DNA of 63,936 nt, counting the filler, from Globobulimina sp. (taxonomy: Eukaryota), in the NCBI GenBank assembly GCA_003354225.1. It is 54 parts of 54 records of this genome, joined end to end, with 100 filler letters (N's around TTAATTAATTAA, not from the genome) between each part and the next. Parts side by side here need not be neighbours in the genome. Positions count along the whole stretch, not along the records: positions 60,482 to 61,566 come from PIVH01023945.1; positions 61,667 to 62,751 come from PIVH01023946.1; positions 62,852 to 63,936 come from PIVH01023947.1; 51 more parts are not named here. The stretch is one strand, 5' to 3'. The translations under genes were made by a program, and so were the position numbers. Shown here one piece after another: positions 60,482 to 63,936 of this stretch (its first letter is position 1; every line of letters begins with the position of its first letter). Below the pieces are notes generated by a model. It was not told where the DNA came from. It made no database searches and was given only the letters and a program-made list of their open reading frames with translations.

Positions 60482-61150
60482 CTCGCCATGACATATCGGA
60501 TTTACTATCGATTTGAGCCCTAATATTACGCTATATGCGAAAACGTTATTTTTATACATTTTAGCGATCATCAAATTAATATTATGATTATTATCCCTAA
60601 ACCATCCAAAAAATAACTTACGTTTTACATACAATAAATCAAATTCCTTATCCACTGTCTTCACAAAATATTCGTTATCTCCAGCAAAGGAACCTATTCT
60701 TGACCTAAGTTCTTGTTTTGATTTAATACCAATAAAACTAAATCCTTTTTCATATGAGAGTGCCATTACTTTCGCTGAGCCTGATTTTTCTCCATTTTTA
60801 TATGTTAATTGATTACAAATTAATGGCTTTGATACTAAATCTTTTGCTTTTTGCGACCAATAAACGAATCGACCAAACTCAACCTTATCTTTATTGATTG
60901 TTCCTTTATCAACAGTCATATGTATATCACATTTGCGACCTGTAGCTGGTAATATTGTAGCTACATCTTTTCTGATTCTCTCTCTAACAATATCAAATAA
61001 CAATTTTTGCATATCAGGAACATAATATCTTGAATGTGGTTGATTTCCAATGTCTACATTTTGAAATATTTTCTTTCGTAAAATCATAATTGGATAGTTC
61101 CAATTTGCAATTCGTGATTTAATCATTTCTAATACAGTTCGAAATAATAC
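60482..61150 (-). mobile_element. hAT-like (ZNF862-type) DDE transposase fragment
   Basis: IHMTVDKGT (first D), SGSAKVMA, GSFAGDNEYF (second D), WFRDNNHNINL (W.D..H equivalent of CxxH). Confidence 0.6.
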
Positions 61151-61290
61151 CTTACACATTACAACAATTGCAAACAAACACATTACAAACGAACACATTA
61201 CAACAAAGTCATGATGAAAATGCACACATTGAGTGGACTAACTAACATTTTCCATGACTAACTCATGGGATCCTTGCAGTGTGATTATCA

Positions 61291-61566
61291 GCAACATGAT
61301 AGAAAACGGAATTGTATGATGTTGCAGTGCGAAATCAAACAATCCCAATACATTTACAGTTAAATTAATAGGTTTCTGTCATCAAAATGTATTGGGATTT
61401 GACTGTGTATGTTGGCAACATGATGGAAAATGGAATTGTATGATGTTGCGGTGCGAAATCAAACAATCCCAATACATTTACAGTTAAATTAATAGGTTTC
61501 TGTCATCAAAATGTATTGGGATTTGACTGTGTATGTTGGCAACATGTTGGAAAATGGAATTGTATG
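61291..61566 (+). repeat. 124-bp tandem repeat (2.2 copies, runs off contig) with internal inverted repeat
   Basis: Units start 61291, 61415, 61539; each has AATCCCAATACATTT ... AAATGTATTGGGATT. Confidence 0.92.
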
Positions 61567-61856
61567 NNNNNNNNNNNNNNNNNNNNNNNNNNNNNNNNNN
61601 NNNNNNNNNNTTAATTAATTAANNNNNNNNNNNNNNNNNNNNNNNNNNNNNNNNNNNNNNNNNNNNGTGTTTGGTGGCAAAATAGCAAAAATTGGAACTA
61701 AATTATATTACTATTGACACATACATATCGATTGACGAGGTGTCCATTCTCGTCCTACTTACTTACCGAGTGAAGCGAAAATAGAAAATTTTGATTCAGT
61801 AAATGAACTAAAAGCAAAAACTCTAATACTTTTAGTCAATTCACCTACTGAACAAC

Positions 61857-62675
61857 ATGTCGTCGTATTTCCTGAACTTGTTAGCAATACTAGTTGTAAC
61901 AACCGATTTGTTGCATTATGCCAATGGGACATCGTCATTAAGTTGCGGAGGAACTGAATGCGTAAATACAACAAAAACTTGTCCATCATCACAGAATGTT
62001 TGTCAAATAACATGTCCATCAAAAGGCTCATGTAAGAATTTAAATGTTTCAAGTGATTCAATAACAACAACAATCTCATGCATTGCAGGCTATTCCTGCC
62101 AAAACATAGCCGTTATTTGCGGCTCCAATGTTAAAACATGCCAAATTACATCAAGTGCGCCCTATGCATTTATTGATTCTTCATTAGAATGTTCAATAAA
62201 CGGAGCACCAAAAACAAATAATAACACTAATAACTGTACGTTACAATGTGTAGAGGAATCGTCATGTATTGCGGCGACATATTATTGTAATAATAATAAT
62301 ATATTTGATGAACAATGTAAATGTTTATACGCAGACGTTACGAAATGTGATCCAAATCTAAACAAAGAAATAACATATTATCCACCAAATGATTATTTAT
62401 CAACCATTTTTTATTTAAGTACAACAAATTCCGCGCCAGATAATGAAGGCGGCGATAAAGCGGTGGCATGGCTTGGGAAATATAAAATTTTTATCATATC
62501 AGCTTCTGTTTTTGTTGTGATTGCATTGTTGTTGATATTTTTAAAAATCAGATATTCCAGAAAGAGGAAGAGATTCAATACGGACATGTATAAGCAATTG
62601 AGTGGTTTTGATGTGTTGGAAAACCCTCGAACTGACCAGATCACTCAGGAGTCGTTGGTACATTATCAATTATAA
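61857..62675 (+). CDS. Cys-rich type I membrane protein (complete ORF)
   Basis: Signal peptide, C.I.C....SC.N..... repeats, TM IFIISASVFVVIALLLIFL followed by KIRYSRKRKR. Confidence 0.8.
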   Translation: MSSYFLNLLAILVVTTDLLHYANGTSSLSCGGTECVNTTKTCPSSQNVCQITCPSKGSCKNLNVSSDSITTTISCIAGYSCQNIAVICGSNVKTCQITSSAPYAFIDSSLECSINGAPKTNNNTNNCTLQCVEESSCIAATYYCNNNNIFDEQCKCLYADVTKCDPNLNKEITYYPPNDYLSTIFYLSTTNSAPDNEGGDKAVAWLGKYKIFIISASVFVVIALLLIFLKIRYSRKRKRFNTDMYKQLSGFDVLENPRTDQITQESLVHYQL

Positions 62676-63581
62676 TAATTTAATTACCTTTTCTTGCCCA
62701 CTCATTTTTTTGTTAGGTTTACATAATTAAAAAAAACAAAACTTCGAAGTGNNNNNNNNNNNNNNNNNNNNNNNNNNNNNNNNNNNNNNNNNNNNTTAAT
62801 TAATTAANNNNNNNNNNNNNNNNNNNNNNNNNNNNNNNNNNNNNNNNNNNNTTACAGTGTCAGAAGTTGTTGACACAAAATTGTTTTTAAATCCTTTCGT
62901 TGAAGAGAAATATGAATAAGTGCTGTGCTGAAATTATGAATGATGGCGGAGTCAGACTCATTACGCAACACAATGTTGGTAATGCTAAAAACGTTTGGGC
63001 AATAATTCCTCAAAGAACCACAACACAAAAAATCACAATACACATTCCATTCAAACCAATCAGACCATTTCAGCGATTCCAGTGATTTCATTGAATCAAA
63101 CGATAATGATAATTATTATACGCATTCATCTGCAATTTCGATCGCAATTAAAATCAATGAGAAAGCATAGAAAATTAAAATGTGATGATATGTAATGCGA
63201 AAAACCATTCAATGTCCAGGTTGTTATAAAATGTTTCAAAAAACATTAAGTTAATACGACATGTTGGCGATGGGCGAAGGCGTTGCAATGCAAATAGAGC
63301 ACACTTTGGACCATATTATGGACCATATCAAATTAAACCAAATGTTTTACAATAAAAACAATAAAAATATTTAATAATATGGTTGTGGCAATATTGCATC
63401 TATGTATAATTAAATGTGCATTTCAATTTAAATAAATTCGAAGACGGGTTATCCAACGGAATATATCGTTGAAACTAAAAACCACTAAAAAACTTTTTAA
63501 CTACTTCTCTTTGTAGACGATCATAGATCAACGGTCCTCTATTCAAGTTTAATTATATAAAAGTAGATCAGATCGACACTA

Positions 63582-63935
63582 ATGTCTAATACGTCTAATA
63601 CTACCATAAACTTACCATCATCGATATCACCAATGTCCAGTTCTGGTGTACGATTAAAACAATCCACCACTATATCTTCCAAACCTAAATTGGCTCAAGT
63701 TTATTACCGCGTTGCTGCCAAAGTAAAAAGAAAAAGAGCGAATAAAAATAAAAATAAAAATAAAAATAAAGATAAAAATATTTATCAGTCGAAGGAAATA
63801 TTTATAAAAACGGACGAGAAACACGATGAGAAATTGTTGCATATTTTTCTAAGTACCAAAGGCTTTTGCATTGATAAAAAATTAGCAGACACATTGCAAG
63901 GCAAAATATATCGATGTAAAAGCATTAGAAACGAG
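63582..63935 (+). CDS. Probable protein kinase N-terminus (absent from ORF track; open to window end)
   Basis: Own translation ends ..GFCIDKKLADTLQGKIYRCK, a divergent Gly-loop; (NK)n encoded by TAAAAA repeats. Confidence 0.5.
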   Translation, partial: MSNTSNTTINLPSSISPMSSSGVRLKQSTTISSKPKLAQVYYRVAAKVKRKRANKNKNKNKNKDKNIYQSKEIFIKTDEKHDEKLLHIFLSTKGFCIDKKLADTLQGKIYRCKSIRNE

Positions 63936-63936
63936 A

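Overview
This window is not one locus. It is an artificial concatenation of about 54 short contigs (each ~1085-1087 bp, apparently size-sorted) joined by 100-bp spacers (N-run + TTAATTAATTAA + N-run, stops in all six frames), so gene neighbourhoods are meaningful only within a ~1.1-kb block. Most contigs come from an AT-rich microbial eukaryote using the standard code with ~60-90-nt GT-AG introns. A foraminiferan/rhizarian-like host is my inference from gene style, not proven. Recognisable host gene fragments include an EXS-family protein, DEAH helicase, ABCC transporter, CLN3, GH31, GSII, M28 peptidase, RNAi-type RdRP, THOC7, TrmH, MDH, TDH and kinases, plus Penelope-like, hAT-like and gag-like mobile elements. 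A minority of contigs are prokaryotic or viral: pilC- and pilX-like genes, an integron cassette array with two attC sites, an AraC/beta-propeller join, and a phage-like queE + HNH pair. Three contigs look chimeric. The most unusual signals are (i) a 7-unit, CRISPR-spaced array of GGCGAC-GNA-GTCGCC hairpins with a compensated dispersed copy on another contig, (ii) a DUF488-like domain fused to endonuclease V, (iii) a QueE with a CX6CX2C motif coupled to an HNH nuclease, and (iv) a small Cys/His domain fused to a GT2-like glycosyltransferase. All family calls are by eye from motifs; no database searches were run.
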